64,000 nucleotides of DNA from Candidatus Omnitrophota bacterium (GCA_028687205.1 JAQUAP010000001.1:6831-70830); one strand, 5' to 3'; shown: positions 20,929-30,910, counted from the stretch's first letter. A program made the numbers and translations. The notes: generated by a model from the sequence alone, not told the origin.

Positions 20929-22140
20929 TTAGTCCGCCAGGGTTAATACCGCTATGGAATTGTTATGAAAATAGACCCTGCCTAAATAATTAATAGCATT
21001 TAAGGGCGCCTGTTCCGCAGAAGTATATATGCCGGCCAAAGGCACGTCCGTGCCCAGTATATCCTGGATAAGTTTAATTTCCTGCGCTGCCTGCCTGCCC
21101 AGGAGTATATTCCTGGATAAAGAGTCAAGTATAAGGGCAAGTTTTATTTTTTTCCCTCCCATATTTTTCAGCGCTGTTTTAGCGGCGTTGCTTGCGCTCA
21201 ATAAACAGGCTTCCTTTGAGCTGATCATCAGCCGCACGGAGCTGCCTTGCGGGACCTCTCCCCGGAAAACGAGGGATCCGTCGTCCTGTATAGCAACGAT
21301 GCTTCTTAACAGATATTCCTTTTTTTCAGAGATGCGCATCCCCAGCGGGTAAAATGCCGAGAGGCGCCGCAGTTCTTTTTTTAACCAGGGGATTTCTTTG
21401 GCGAAGTATTCTTTATATAAATTGACTGCCGGCGCGCCGTCAATTTCATTTACGATGTCTCCTTGCGAGCGGGTTACATAACGGGGTTTTCCCAGCGGCT
21501 CCCAGCCGTGTTCTATCCCCAAGTTAAAATTAAATTTACCGCCCCAGAGTATGCCGCAGGCAGCGTTACGCAATATTTCCGAACCAAAATAAAGGCAGCT
21601 TTCTTTATGGTCAGTAATAGATGCCCCGACTAAAGGAAAGCTCATCCCTAGCCTTTCCTGCAGCCCGGTTATAAAACTTGAGCTGTATAGCGCTTCGGTG
21701 TTGGAGAATATGACACTAAGATTGCGGCGCACATTCTTGCATCCGTATAAAAGCCTTTCCCCTAATTCTTCTCCGGCGCTTAAGGTAGCTTTTGCGCCTA
21801 TATCCTTGACGCAGGCGGTATTGAAATAAGTGTTTTCGGCCAAGGCAAAAAGTATAACCATTAAGCCCTGCTTTAGGCTGCCCTGCCTGGAGATAATCGC
21901 CGTGCTGCTGGTACCCAGGAGCGGGACGGGTCCGATTAAGTCGGCGATTGTCTCTAATACCAGGGAGTGACAGGATTCTCCCGCGCTAAAGACAAAGGCA
22001 AATTTAATCTCTTCGCCGTTTAAATCCTGCCTGGCTTTCTCAACCGCTTCCTTAGCCGCCTTGATGTAGTCTTGCGCCGTGCTTATGCCGATGGCTGCCT
22101 GCATGTTTTGTATTATAAACGCTTTAAGATACAGGGTCAA
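20929..22140 (-). CDS. FIST-domain sensory protein (putative)
   Basis: 403 aa; architecture and the FAFVFSAGE...LLGTSSTAIIS blocks resemble FIST N/C domains; heads the HK/RR-GGDEF operon on the minus strand. Confidence 0.5.
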   Translation of the reverse strand: MTLYLKAFIIQNMQAAIGISTAQDYIKAAKEAVEKARQDLNGEEIKFAFVFSAGESCHSLVLETIADLIGPVPLLGTSSTAIISRQGSLKQGLMVILFALAENTYFNTACVKDIGAKATLSAGEELGERLLYGCKNVRRNLSVIFSNTEALYSSSFITGLQERLGMSFPLVGASITDHKESCLYFGSEILRNAACGILWGGKFNFNLGIEHGWEPLGKPRYVTRSQGDIVNEIDGAPAVNLYKEYFAKEIPWLKKELRRLSAFYPLGMRISEKKEYLLRSIVAIQDDGSLVFRGEVPQGSSVRLMISSKEACLLSASNAAKTALKNMGGKKIKLALILDSLSRNILLGRQAAQEIKLIQDILGTDVPLAGIYTSAEQAPLNAINYLGRVYFHNNSIAVLTLAD

Positions 22141-22148
22141 TAAAATTA

Positions 22149-22176
22149 TTGACTAAATCCCTGTGTATAGTAAAAT
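22149..22176 (+). promoter_or_regulatory. Sigma70-like promoter for tRNA-Glu (TTGACT-N16-TAAAAT)
   Basis: Hexamers read directly, about 17 nt upstream of the tRNA 5' end. Confidence 0.5.
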
Positions 22177-22192
22177 ATTTTAGCTTTTCGAC

Positions 22193-22270
22193 GGCCCCAT
22201 CGTCTAGCCCGGTCTAGGACGCTTGGTTCTCAGCCAATAAACACGAGTTCAAATCTCGTTGGGGCTACCA
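22193..22270 (+). tRNA. tRNA-Glu (anticodon CTC), CCA encoded
   Basis: Glu-type D-arm TCGTCTAG...; anticodon stem CTTGG/CCAAT with loop TTCTCAG; T-arm ACGAG-TTCAAAT-CTCGT; acceptor GGCCCCA/TGGGGCT with G1-U72. Isotype rests on the hand fold. Confidence 0.7.
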
Positions 22271-22346
22271 GCTGAAGATTTCTCTTGCTATTTAGTGCGG
22301 TTTATGCTAAAAAATTTATAATAACTTACAATAACAAGGAGGGTCA

Positions 22347-22589
22347 ATGCGCGAACATTTAGGTTTTTTGAAGACGTCCAGTGCAGTAGTCAAAATTGCT
22401 GCCTGGATTTTTTTATTTTTCGGCCTCTTGGGCGGCCTCTCCATTATCTTTGGCGCTGCCCCGGGTAATGCCCGCTGGATGGGTATAGTCGTCCTCATCG
22501 CCTATACCTTTTTCTTCTTTTTTCTTTACCTTATTGCCAAGATCGCGGATTTATTAATCCGCATAATCAATGAGATTAAGAAAGAATAA
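22347..22589 (+). CDS. Small hypothetical membrane protein
   Basis: 80 aa with two hydrophobic helices; AGGAGG RBS upstream. Confidence 0.35.
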   Translation: MREHLGFLKTSSAVVKIAAWIFLFFGLLGGLSIIFGAAPGNARWMGIVVLIAYTFFFFFLYLIAKIADLLIRIINEIKKE

Positions 22590-22612
22590 ATAATGAATCT
22601 TAAGGAGGAGTA

Positions 22613-23515
22613 ATGAGATACCACATTATTTTCTTAGGGCTCAGCCTTTTTATTTTATCGTCGATGCTTGGCTGCGATAAGCTCGGCCTCGCTAAGCCAA
22701 AGTTTAAGGAAGCCCTTACCGCCGCATTGCCGGTCAAGGGTACGGTTATCGCCAAAGTAAACAACTCTCCGATTACCCTGGAAGACCTGGATAGGGAGGT
22801 AGCTACTTATAATGACCTGATTCCCGATGATAAGCCGGAGAATAAAATAACCACCCGCGATAAAAAAATAGAATATCTTAAAAATGAAATGGTGCGCCGG
22901 ATGCTCCTTTACCAGGAGGCCCTGAACAGGGGGCTGGACAGGAAAGAAGAAATCGTCCAGGCATTAGAAAGAACCAAGCAAGAGTTGCTGGTGATGGAAC
23001 TTTTCCGCAAGGAAGCGGAAAAAGTGGAAGTGAGCTCTAAAGAAATAGAGGATTATTACAATAATTATAAGGACCAGCTCAAAGAGCCCGAAGAAAGGCA
23101 GTTGCGCGAAATAGTGGTTAGTTCCGAGCAGGACGCCCGGGATATTTTAATCCAGCTTTTGCAGGGGGCGGATTTCGCTACTTTAGCCAAAGACCGCTCT
23201 AAAAGCTCAAGCGCCAAAGACGGGGGAGACCTGGGGTTCATCAAGAAGGGCCAGAAGTCCGCGCAATTTGACGCCGTGGCTTTCTCTGATTCGTTGGAAG
23301 TAGGCAAGATGAGCAGTATTTTTAAATGCCCTGACGGGTATTATATTGTTAAGCTGGAAGCCAAGCGCGGCGGTAAACAGCGCTCGCTGGCCGATATGTG
23401 GGATGATATCAGAAAGGGCTTGACTTTTTTAAAACAGCGGCAAAAAATCGAAGATTTAGTCGGTAAGTTATCTCAAGACGCGAAATTAGAGTTTCACGAG
23501 GGAGAAATAAAGTAA
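22613..23515 (+). CDS. Peptidyl-prolyl cis-trans isomerase, parvulin type (SurA/PrsA-like), secreted
   Basis: Signal peptide; parvulin rotamase blocks GGDLGFIKKGQKSAQFDAVAF and CPDGYYIVKLE. Confidence 0.75.
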   Translation: MRYHIIFLGLSLFILSSMLGCDKLGLAKPKFKEALTAALPVKGTVIAKVNNSPITLEDLDREVATYNDLIPDDKPENKITTRDKKIEYLKNEMVRRMLLYQEALNRGLDRKEEIVQALERTKQELLVMELFRKEAEKVEVSSKEIEDYYNNYKDQLKEPEERQLREIVVSSEQDARDILIQLLQGADFATLAKDRSKSSSAKDGGDLGFIKKGQKSAQFDAVAFSDSLEVGKMSSIFKCPDGYYIVKLEAKRGGKQRSLADMWDDIRKGLTFLKQRQKIEDLVGKLSQDAKLEFHEGEIK

Positions 23516-23517
23516 GT

Positions 23518-24417
23518 ATGCAGAAACAAAGGATTATCATCATTATCGGCATACTCTTAGCCGTGGCCGCGGTATTCATGACCAAGACCTATATTGACCA
23601 GCAGCGCCAGCAGGTTATCGAAGAGGCGAAGAAAAAAATAGCGAATATTGAGCAGAACCTGCCTAAGAATCAGGTTAAGGTATTGGTCGCCAATAAGGAT
23701 ATCCCTAAAGGCGCTATTCTTACGGCCGAAAACTTAAATACGAGCATCGTCCCGGAGCAATATCTCCAGCCGCAGGTAGTTTCTTCGGCAGAGAGGATTC
23801 TGGGAATGGTGGCGCTCCTGCCAATAGCCAAAGGCGAACAAATTACTTTAAGTAAATTGGTCCAACCCAGGCAAACAGGCGGTTTAGCCGAAGGCACGCC
23901 GGTAGGCAAAAGAGCGATTACTATTTCAGTAGATAGCCTGGCCGGATTAGGGGGGATGATTAAGCCAGGTGATTATGTGGATGTAATTGCCTTACTCCCG
24001 GTGCCGGTAACAACAGCCGAAGGTAAACAAGTAACCCAGGTAGCGGTTATGCCGCTCTTCCAGAATGTTTTGATTCTCGCCGTAGGCCAGGATACCGGCG
24101 CGGCATCAGGCAGCGCCGGGAAAAAAGCCCCGGAAGGAGAAAGAAGAAGCGAAAATTCTCCGTTGATCACCCTTGCCCTCAGCCCGCAGGAAGCCAACCT
24201 TATCGCCTTTGTCCAGGAGCAGGGCAAGTTACGTTTGACTTTACGTTCGCCTGCGGACGCCCAGGTAGTGCAGCCGATTCAGGCGGCGAGCTGGGATACC
24301 TTATTCAGGCATATATTGCCTCAACAACAGGAAGCCCGGCCTGAAACTCAGGATGCAACCGGTTTTGTAGAAATATACCGGGGCTTAAATAAAGAAAAAG
24401 TCCCCTTAGCTAAATAA
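23518..24417 (+). CDS. cpaB: Flp pilus assembly protein CpaB/RcpC
   Basis: N-terminal TM helix; SAF/CpaB-like block SAERILGMVALLPIAKGEQITLSKL; the locus continues with a secretin and a TadA-type ATPase. Confidence 0.8.
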   Translation: MQKQRIIIIIGILLAVAAVFMTKTYIDQQRQQVIEEAKKKIANIEQNLPKNQVKVLVANKDIPKGAILTAENLNTSIVPEQYLQPQVVSSAERILGMVALLPIAKGEQITLSKLVQPRQTGGLAEGTPVGKRAITISVDSLAGLGGMIKPGDYVDVIALLPVPVTTAEGKQVTQVAVMPLFQNVLILAVGQDTGAASGSAGKKAPEGERRSENSPLITLALSPQEANLIAFVQEQGKLRLTLRSPADAQVVQPIQAASWDTLFRHILPQQQEARPETQDATGFVEIYRGLNKEKVPLAK

Positions 24418-26055
24418 ATGAGAAGAGGAAGGATAATGAAGAGGATATGCTTATTTACTTTACTGGCAGCCGCTGCTTTCATCGTCCTGCCCGGTAATAG
24501 CTATACCGCGGATGATACTTCGGAAGTGCTTAAGCTATACATGGGAGAAATCAAGATTATATCGGTGAGCAGCCCGAGCAGAATTGCCGTCGGAAATCCC
24601 GCCATAGCGGATGTTACCAATGTAACCAAAAACTCCATAACCCTGACCCCTAAATCTCCGGGGACAACCACCCTGGTATTCTGGGATAACTTCGGGGAGC
24701 AGCCTTACCGGCTGAAAGTATTTGCCGAAGACATTAGCGCCATAAAATCAAGGGTGGATAATTTATTGGGTAAACTTAATCTGCCCGAGGTTTATTCTCA
24801 ATCCGCCGAAGACGAAGGCAAGGTGTTGATGCTGGGCAGAGTTAAATCCAGCCAGGATAGAGAAAGGGTCTTTACTGCCCTAGGCGGATTAAAGGAGAAG
24901 ATAGTAGATTTAATCCAGGTTAAAGAAGAAGAGTCTTTATTAGATATAGACGTGCAGGTCCTGGAATTAGATAAGGATGCTACCAGTACTTTAGGGTTTA
25001 GTTGGCCGGGGTCAATTACCTTTACTGAAATCGGCTCTCCCGCGCTTGGCGCAGCAGGGACGAGCTGGGGTAAAATATTCAAAGTCTCTAATATCGGACG
25101 CTCAATAAGCGGGACAGCCAGCCCCTTTACACTTAAATTAGATGCCTTAATCCAGGAAGGCAAGGCGCGTATCCTTTCCCGGCCGCGGATTACCTGCCAG
25201 AGCGGTAAAGAGGCGGAATTGATTGTCGGCGGAGAGCAGCCGATATTTACTACCCAGATAGCCGCCACTACAGGGAGCCAGGGGACCAGCGTGGAGTATA
25301 AAGAGTACGGCATTAAATTAAAAATAAAACCCACCTTAACCGCAGAGAAACGTATAAAACTAGGTTTAAATGTAGAGGTTAGCGATATAGGCACAGTTCA
25401 AAGTATCGGGACAACCAGCAGCAGTACCACCACCACCACTGCTCAGGCCTATCCTCTTTCCAAGCGCAGCGCTTCCACTGAACTTTATCTTGATGACGGC
25501 CAGACTATGGCTATCGGAGGATTAATTAAGAAAAAGAGCGAAGAAGATATCCGCAGGACCCCGTTCTTAAGCAATGTGCCTATTATAGGCGCGTTCTTTA
25601 GGCAGAAGACGACTAAGGAAGGCGGCGGCACTGCCAGCAGGGGAGACACCGAGCTCTTTATTGTCCTTACGCCTAAGATAGCTTATATGGAGAGAGAGAA
25701 ATCCCTGCAACCCGCAACCCCGAAAGAAGTAAAAACTACCCGGGAAGCGCCGGAGGTTGGCGTTGATCCGGTTACGCAATACGCCAAAATTATCCAGGAG
25801 CGCATGTTAAGTAATTTCACCTATCCCCCGGAACTTAAAGAAAGCGGCGATCAGGGGACAGTAAAATTAAGGCTGCATATTTCTTATACCGGAGAACTCC
25901 TGGATGTGGTGGTCAAAGAGCCTTCAGGGTATTATCTTCTGGATGACCAGGCAGCTGCTATGGCTAAAAATATAACTTCCTATCCCCCATTTCCTGCCTC
26001 TATAGAAGACAAGGAACTCTGGATTGATATCCCGGTAACCTTTCAACTAAAATAA
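24418..26055 (+). CDS. cpaC: Tad/Flp pilus secretin (CpaC/RcpA-like) fused to a C-terminal TonB-C-like domain; start may be the ATG at 24436
   Basis: Signal peptide; secretin core RILSRPRITCQSGKEAELIVGGEQP; C-terminal YPPELKESGDQGTVKLRLHISYTGELLDVVVKEPSGYYLLDDQAAAMAKNITSYPPFP matches the TonB/TolA C-terminal fold. Confidence 0.85.
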   Translation: MRRGRIMKRICLFTLLAAAAFIVLPGNSYTADDTSEVLKLYMGEIKIISVSSPSRIAVGNPAIADVTNVTKNSITLTPKSPGTTTLVFWDNFGEQPYRLKVFAEDISAIKSRVDNLLGKLNLPEVYSQSAEDEGKVLMLGRVKSSQDRERVFTALGGLKEKIVDLIQVKEEESLLDIDVQVLELDKDATSTLGFSWPGSITFTEIGSPALGAAGTSWGKIFKVSNIGRSISGTASPFTLKLDALIQEGKARILSRPRITCQSGKEAELIVGGEQPIFTTQIAATTGSQGTSVEYKEYGIKLKIKPTLTAEKRIKLGLNVEVSDIGTVQSIGTTSSSTTTTTAQAYPLSKRSASTELYLDDGQTMAIGGLIKKKSEEDIRRTPFLSNVPIIGAFFRQKTTKEGGGTASRGDTELFIVLTPKIAYMEREKSLQPATPKEVKTTREAPEVGVDPVTQYAKIIQERMLSNFTYPPELKESGDQGTVKLRLHISYTGELLDVVVKEPSGYYLLDDQAAAMAKNITSYPPFPASIEDKELWIDIPVTFQLK

Positions 26056-26058
26056 AAA

Positions 26059-28218
26059 ATGTCTAGGAAAATAGTCATATTCAGCACGAAGGGCGGAGTA
26101 GGCAAGACCTTGATTGCCACTAACCTCGCCTGTTCCCTGGCTAAAGAGCAGGGGCAAAAGGTCTGCCTGGTGGATTTAGACCTGCAGGCAGTCGGCGATA
26201 TGGCCCGCATGTTAGACCTTAAGGTGGACAGGAGCATGGTTGAGCTCATCCAGAATTTTAAGAAACAAGCGTCGGAATTCAAGAAAAGCGATTTTTTAAT
26301 CCATAGCTATATGGGCCTTGACCTTTTATGCGGAGTAATCCGGCCTCAACAGGCGCCGCACCTTAAGCCCGAAAATATTAAGGAGATATTTAGCCTGTTG
26401 GATAAAGATTACGATTATATGATTGTAGACGCCGGAAGGAGTTTTAGCGACCTGCTCCTGGCGACCTTAAATCAGGCAAACCTGATCATCCTGGTGGTTA
26501 CTCCCGATATACTTTCCATATACCAGGCGGAGTGGGCAATAGACACCCTGCAATCTTTGCAAATTCCTTTATCCATGATTAAGGTAATTTTAAACCGCGC
26601 CGAGTCTATCTCCAGTATCAGCCTACAGGAGATAAAAGTTAACCTGCTTTGCGGTATCCTCAACCAGATACCTTCGGAGGGCAGGGTTGTCGGCTTGGCC
26701 GTAAACCGCGGTATCCCGGTAGTCATCGACAGCCCGCGCTCGCGCTTTAGCCTGGCGATAAATAAACTGAGCGAGCAGTTAGTCAAGGATAAGGATTTAT
26801 TTACGGAGAACCGGGAGATAGACCAGTTGCGCCTGCAACAGGTGGCCTTAGAGAAGCCGGCAAAATTATGGGAAGAGGAAGGGCTGACCGAGCCGGTAAT
26901 CGAAGAGCTGACCGCCAAGGAAGAAATGGCGGACGATATCATCATCCTGAAAAGGAAGATCCATACCCGGCTGATCGATGAGTTGAATATTAAAAGGCTG
27001 GATTTAAAGGTTTTCAGCGACAGTAAAAAATCAAAGACCTTGCGCAGCAAGGCAGAGGTAATGGTAAGTAATTTTTTGGTTGAAGAAGCCGGGACCTTTA
27101 TTTCTTCCCCTGAAGTGCGCAAGAAACTGGTCAAGGAAATTTTAGATGAGGCCTTAGGCCTGGGGCCCTTGGATGACCTTTTAGCTACGCCCGATATCAC
27201 CGATATTATGGTCAATAATAAAGATGAGATATACATTGAAAAAAAAGGCAAAATAGAGCTGACCAGCAAAAAATTTATCTCCAATGAGCAGGTCAAGACA
27301 ATCATTGAAAGGATTATCGCGCCTATCGGTAAGAGGGTCGACGAATCTGTCCCGATGGTAGATGCGCGCCTTGCCGACGGCTCGCGCGTGAATGCCATTA
27401 TCCCGCCTTTAGCCCTGACCGGTCCCTCGTTAACTATAAGGAAATTCAGGAAAGAGAAATTTAAAATCGAGGATCTGATCCAGCTAAAGGCCCTAAACCA
27501 GAATATGGCTGATTTTATCAGCGCCTGCGTTATCTGCAGAAAAAATATCATTGTCTCCGGCGGTACCGGAAGCGGTAAGACCACGGCCTTAAATGTCCTT
27601 TCCGGATTTATCCCGGAAAACGAACGGATTATTACCATTGAAGATGCGGCAGAATTAAAGCTCGACCAGCAGCACTGGATAAGGCTGGAATCCCGGTCGC
27701 CTAATATTGAAGGCAGGGGAGCGGTAACCATAAGGGACCTTTTCCGCAATACCTTGAGAATGCGCCCGGACCGCATAATCATCGGCGAGTGCCGCGGTAT
27801 TGAAGCATTAGATATGCTCCAGGCGATGAATACCGGCCATGATGGCTCAATGACCACTATCCACGCTAATTCCACGCAGGATGTTTTAAGCCGCCTGGAT
27901 TCGATGATTCTCATGGGAGGAGTAGAGCTGCCGATCAGGGCCATCCGCGAGATGATTGCCTCGGCAATAGATTTAATTATCCACACTGCCAGGCTATCCG
28001 ATGGCTCGCGTAAGATTGTCCAGGTAACAGAGGTAAGCGGGATGAAGGATGAGCTGCATATCAACCTGCAGGATATCTTTATTTTTAAACAAACCGGCAT
28101 TGATGCCCAGGGTAGTGTACTGGGTGATTTCCAGGCTACCGGCCACATACCTTCCGCAATTGAAGAAATCAGGATAAAAGGCCTAAAGCTCTCCGATAGT
28201 ATATTTAAAGCTCCCTAA
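26059..28218 (+). CDS. cpaEF: Fused CpaE-like (MinD/ParA-family) and CpaF/TadA-like secretion ATPase
   Basis: N-terminal deviant Walker A IVIFSTKGGVGKT; C-terminal TadA/VirB11-type P-loop SGGTGSGKTT plus Asp and His boxes; 719 aa. Confidence 0.85.
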   Translation: MSRKIVIFSTKGGVGKTLIATNLACSLAKEQGQKVCLVDLDLQAVGDMARMLDLKVDRSMVELIQNFKKQASEFKKSDFLIHSYMGLDLLCGVIRPQQAPHLKPENIKEIFSLLDKDYDYMIVDAGRSFSDLLLATLNQANLIILVVTPDILSIYQAEWAIDTLQSLQIPLSMIKVILNRAESISSISLQEIKVNLLCGILNQIPSEGRVVGLAVNRGIPVVIDSPRSRFSLAINKLSEQLVKDKDLFTENREIDQLRLQQVALEKPAKLWEEEGLTEPVIEELTAKEEMADDIIILKRKIHTRLIDELNIKRLDLKVFSDSKKSKTLRSKAEVMVSNFLVEEAGTFISSPEVRKKLVKEILDEALGLGPLDDLLATPDITDIMVNNKDEIYIEKKGKIELTSKKFISNEQVKTIIERIIAPIGKRVDESVPMVDARLADGSRVNAIIPPLALTGPSLTIRKFRKEKFKIEDLIQLKALNQNMADFISACVICRKNIIVSGGTGSGKTTALNVLSGFIPENERIITIEDAAELKLDQQHWIRLESRSPNIEGRGAVTIRDLFRNTLRMRPDRIIIGECRGIEALDMLQAMNTGHDGSMTTIHANSTQDVLSRLDSMILMGGVELPIRAIREMIASAIDLIIHTARLSDGSRKIVQVTEVSGMKDELHINLQDIFIFKQTGIDAQGSVLGDFQATGHIPSAIEEIRIKGLKLSDSIFKAP

Positions 28219-28221
28219 TCA

Positions 28222-28566
28222 ATGAAGATAATTAACCAGACGCGCAATACCATATTGGCGCAGGATACCTTTGTCGCGGATACTTTTTTGAAAAGAATAA
28301 AAGGCCTCCTGGGTAAAAAGGAATTTAGGCCTGGCCAGGCCATTATCTTAAACCCCTCTAACTCCATCCATACCTGTTTTATGCGTTTCCCCATAGATAT
28401 ATTGTTTGTAGATAAAAATAACCGGGTTTTACAAGCAGTGGCTAATCTTAGGCCTTTCAGGTTCAGCCCACTCTCTTTTAAGAGCCGCCTGATTATTGAA
28501 TTACCTGCCGGCACAATCTGCTCTACTTCTACCAGCCAGGGCGACCAGCTTATTTTAGAAGCATAA
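28222..28566 (+). CDS. DUF192 (COG1430) family protein
   Basis: 114 aa; the GLLGKKEF...FMRFPIDILFVDKNNRV pattern is typical of DUF192. Confidence 0.65.
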   Translation: MKIINQTRNTILAQDTFVADTFLKRIKGLLGKKEFRPGQAIILNPSNSIHTCFMRFPIDILFVDKNNRVLQAVANLRPFRFSPLSFKSRLIIELPAGTICSTSTSQGDQLILEA

Positions 28567-28599
28567 TTTCTTACCAAATAATGTCCAATCTATAATATC

Positions 28600-28627
28600 T
28601 TGACAAATATTAGTTTTGAGTTATACT
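28600..28627 (+). promoter_or_regulatory. Sigma70-like promoter (TTGACA-N16-TATACT) flanked by two AATGTCCA(A/T)(A/T)CT motifs
   Basis: Consensus -35 and near-consensus -10; motif copies at 28580..28591 and 28641..28652. Confidence 0.55.
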
Positions 28628-28661
28628 CTATGTGCGGAGAAATGTCCAAACTGGAGTAGCT

Positions 28662-30839
28662 ATGGGTGTAATCTATAAATTAAAACCAGAAGTAAAAGAT
28701 TTCATCTTGCGGCAAAAGAGCGACAACCCCCACCTAAGCTGCCGTAAACTAACCGCCTTAGTTTTAGATAATTTTAAGATCGAGTTATCCAAATCCAGCA
28801 TTAATATGATTATCAAAGAAGCCGGCCTAAGCGCGCCTATAGGCAGGACCCCTAAAAAGAAAAGGCATCATATAGCTATGCCGCAATTGCCCGTATTGTT
28901 AGAAGATACGTCTGCCAAGGAAGCAGAAGCAGCTGCCAGGCAAGCTGAAAAAGAAAAATGGCAAAAATTAGCCGAAGAAGAAAGAAGGCGGCAGGAAGAA
29001 ATTAAAGAAGCCGAAGCAGAAAAACGCGCCAAGGAAGAAGCGGAAAAACGCGCCAAGGAAGAAGCGGAAAAAGCGCGTAAGGCAGAACAAGAAAAAAAGC
29101 GGCTTGAAGAAGAAGCTAAAAAAGCCGAAGAGGCGCAGCTGGCTGAGGAGGCCAAGAAAAAAGCTGAAGAAGAACGTCTCGCCCGGGAAGCTAAGCAAAA
29201 AGCCGAGGAAGAGAAACTTAAGGTCGCAGCAGAGAAACGCGCTAAGGAAGAAGCAGAAAAAGAAACCCTGCGTAAGCAAGAAGAGGAGAAATTAGCTAAA
29301 GAGGCCGCGGAAAAAGCGCGGCTTGAGCAGGAAGAAGCAGAGCGAAAAGCTAAGGAAGCCGCGGAAAAACTAAGGCTGGAAAAACTGGCGCAGGAAGAAA
29401 AAGCGCGTCAGGCCGAAGAGGCGCAGCTGGCTGAGGAGGCCAAGAAAAAAGCTGAAGAAGAGGCAGCTAAAAAAGCCGAGGAAGCAAAGAAAGCTGAAGA
29501 AGAGAAAGAGGCGTCTTTAGAGCCGGCAGGGGCAAAAGCCGCGGTTGCATTTGACGTCAGTACGTTCCCCCAGTTAGAAAATAGCGGGATTATCTTGCTT
29601 AAGGCAGCAGATTCTATTATCGGCGCAAGCTCACGCATTGCCGCGGCAGTTAAAAGCAGGTTATCCAGGACAGAGGGTAATTTTAACGCGGTGATAGAAA
29701 ACCTTATTTACCTGCCCTTACTCAAGGAAAAAATAGAAAAGCCTGTCTTGGATAAATTGTCCGCCTGTTTAAATGAAATAGAAAGTATCAAGGTGATGAA
29801 CCTGGATATTTTGCGTATTATCACTTTAAGCCTGCAGGAGGTGCGCTGTATCAGGATCATCCTCTCCGACGGAGAAAACCTCTACCTGGACGGGCAGATG
29901 TACTCGGTCTGGTCTAGCCCGCATATCCCCTATGATTTTGTCTCTCCCATCCATAATTTAAAAAAATATATCAAAAAATATTTTACCGAAGGCCAGCCGC
30001 TGGTGCTTTTTAACGCCCCGGGTTATGATATGCCTTCGCCGGAATTTTTTAGTTTTCTTGGCGCCTTTGAAGCGCAAGCAAGCAGCATCAGTAACATGAT
30101 TCTTTACGGCAATAAATTTAATGAACTGGAAGTCATCCCCATGTCCCCGGCTAAAAAACGCTTCTTTATCTTCGGGGTCTGGCCCTGGCAGTTTACCGAA
30201 TGCCGTAAAGTTAAGAACATAGGGCAATTCCGGCGCCTGCGCCTGGAAGCCCAGAACAGCGATTTTTATATCGCGGATATAGAGATGGCTTTGAGCCATC
30301 CGCGCCTGGGTAAACAGGTCAGCCTTAACGGGTGCGCGTTAAAGACAAGCCTGAATGAAAAAACGCGCCTGGTCATATTAAGTAACATTGCTCCCGGCGA
30401 TAAAAGCTCCGAGCAATTAGCCCTCACCTACCTTAGCCATTGGCCCAACCTGGACGAGGCTTTTCAGGACTATAGCCATAAAATTGAGCTCTTTACTTAC
30501 GCTGCCAATTCCCAGCGTTTCTTCTCCGCCGAAAAATTAAACCCGCAACTCGACCATGTTTTAAGCGTTGAGGAATTATTAAAGAACTATTTATTAGCTT
30601 TAGATGCCTATGTGCGCTGGTATTTATTGCCAGCCGGATATACGGATAAGGAGCTTACGCTGGTAAGAGAGCGCTTTTATAACCTGGATATCCGGCTAAC
30701 CAGGGATAATGAAACCTGTTTAGCCGGTTTTGTTGTTCCGCCGGGTTATTCTTTCGGCAAGGATTTAGGGTATCTTTGCCGCCGGCTCAACGAAAAAGAG
30801 GTTGCTTTCTCCGACGGGCTAAAATTATATTTTAAATAG
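28662..30839 (+). CDS. Hypothetical protein: N-terminal helix-turn-helix, long Lys/Glu/Ala-rich coiled coil, C-terminal globular domain
   Basis: Start taken at MGVIYKLKPEV (the ORF from 28632 would overlap the -10); HTH-like LSCRKLTALVLDNFKIELSKSSINMIIKEAGLS; about 230 aa of EEAKKKAEEE-type repeats. Confidence 0.5.
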   Translation: MGVIYKLKPEVKDFILRQKSDNPHLSCRKLTALVLDNFKIELSKSSINMIIKEAGLSAPIGRTPKKKRHHIAMPQLPVLLEDTSAKEAEAAARQAEKEKWQKLAEEERRRQEEIKEAEAEKRAKEEAEKRAKEEAEKARKAEQEKKRLEEEAKKAEEAQLAEEAKKKAEEERLAREAKQKAEEEKLKVAAEKRAKEEAEKETLRKQEEEKLAKEAAEKARLEQEEAERKAKEAAEKLRLEKLAQEEKARQAEEAQLAEEAKKKAEEEAAKKAEEAKKAEEEKEASLEPAGAKAAVAFDVSTFPQLENSGIILLKAADSIIGASSRIAAAVKSRLSRTEGNFNAVIENLIYLPLLKEKIEKPVLDKLSACLNEIESIKVMNLDILRIITLSLQEVRCIRIILSDGENLYLDGQMYSVWSSPHIPYDFVSPIHNLKKYIKKYFTEGQPLVLFNAPGYDMPSPEFFSFLGAFEAQASSISNMILYGNKFNELEVIPMSPAKKRFFIFGVWPWQFTECRKVKNIGQFRRLRLEAQNSDFYIADIEMALSHPRLGKQVSLNGCALKTSLNEKTRLVILSNIAPGDKSSEQLALTYLSHWPNLDEAFQDYSHKIELFTYAANSQRFFSAEKLNPQLDHVLSVEELLKNYLLALDAYVRWYLLPAGYTDKELTLVRERFYNLDIRLTRDNETCLAGFVVPPGYSFGKDLGYLCRRLNEKEVAFSDGLKLYFK

Positions 30840-30881
30840 GGGGGATAAAGAAAACGCTTTCTGCGCGGGCCTTGAATAAGA

Positions 30882-30910
30882 TTGACGCTTACCTATAAAG
30901 ATGTTATATT
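30882..30910 (+). promoter_or_regulatory. Sigma70-like promoter (TTGACG-N17-TATATT) for the pilin operon
   Basis: Hexamers with a 17-nt spacer, about 160 nt upstream of the first pilin gene. Confidence 0.5.

Noticed and set aside
26472-28148. 558-aa ORF on the minus strand
   Set aside because: Antisense to the well-supported CpaE-CpaF ATPase gene; composition is that of a shadow ORF; no motifs.
28868-29638. Several ORFs of both strands within the Lys/Glu/Ala-rich repeat region
   Set aside because: Artefacts of the low-complexity GAA/GCN repeat coding sequence of the 28662..30839 gene.
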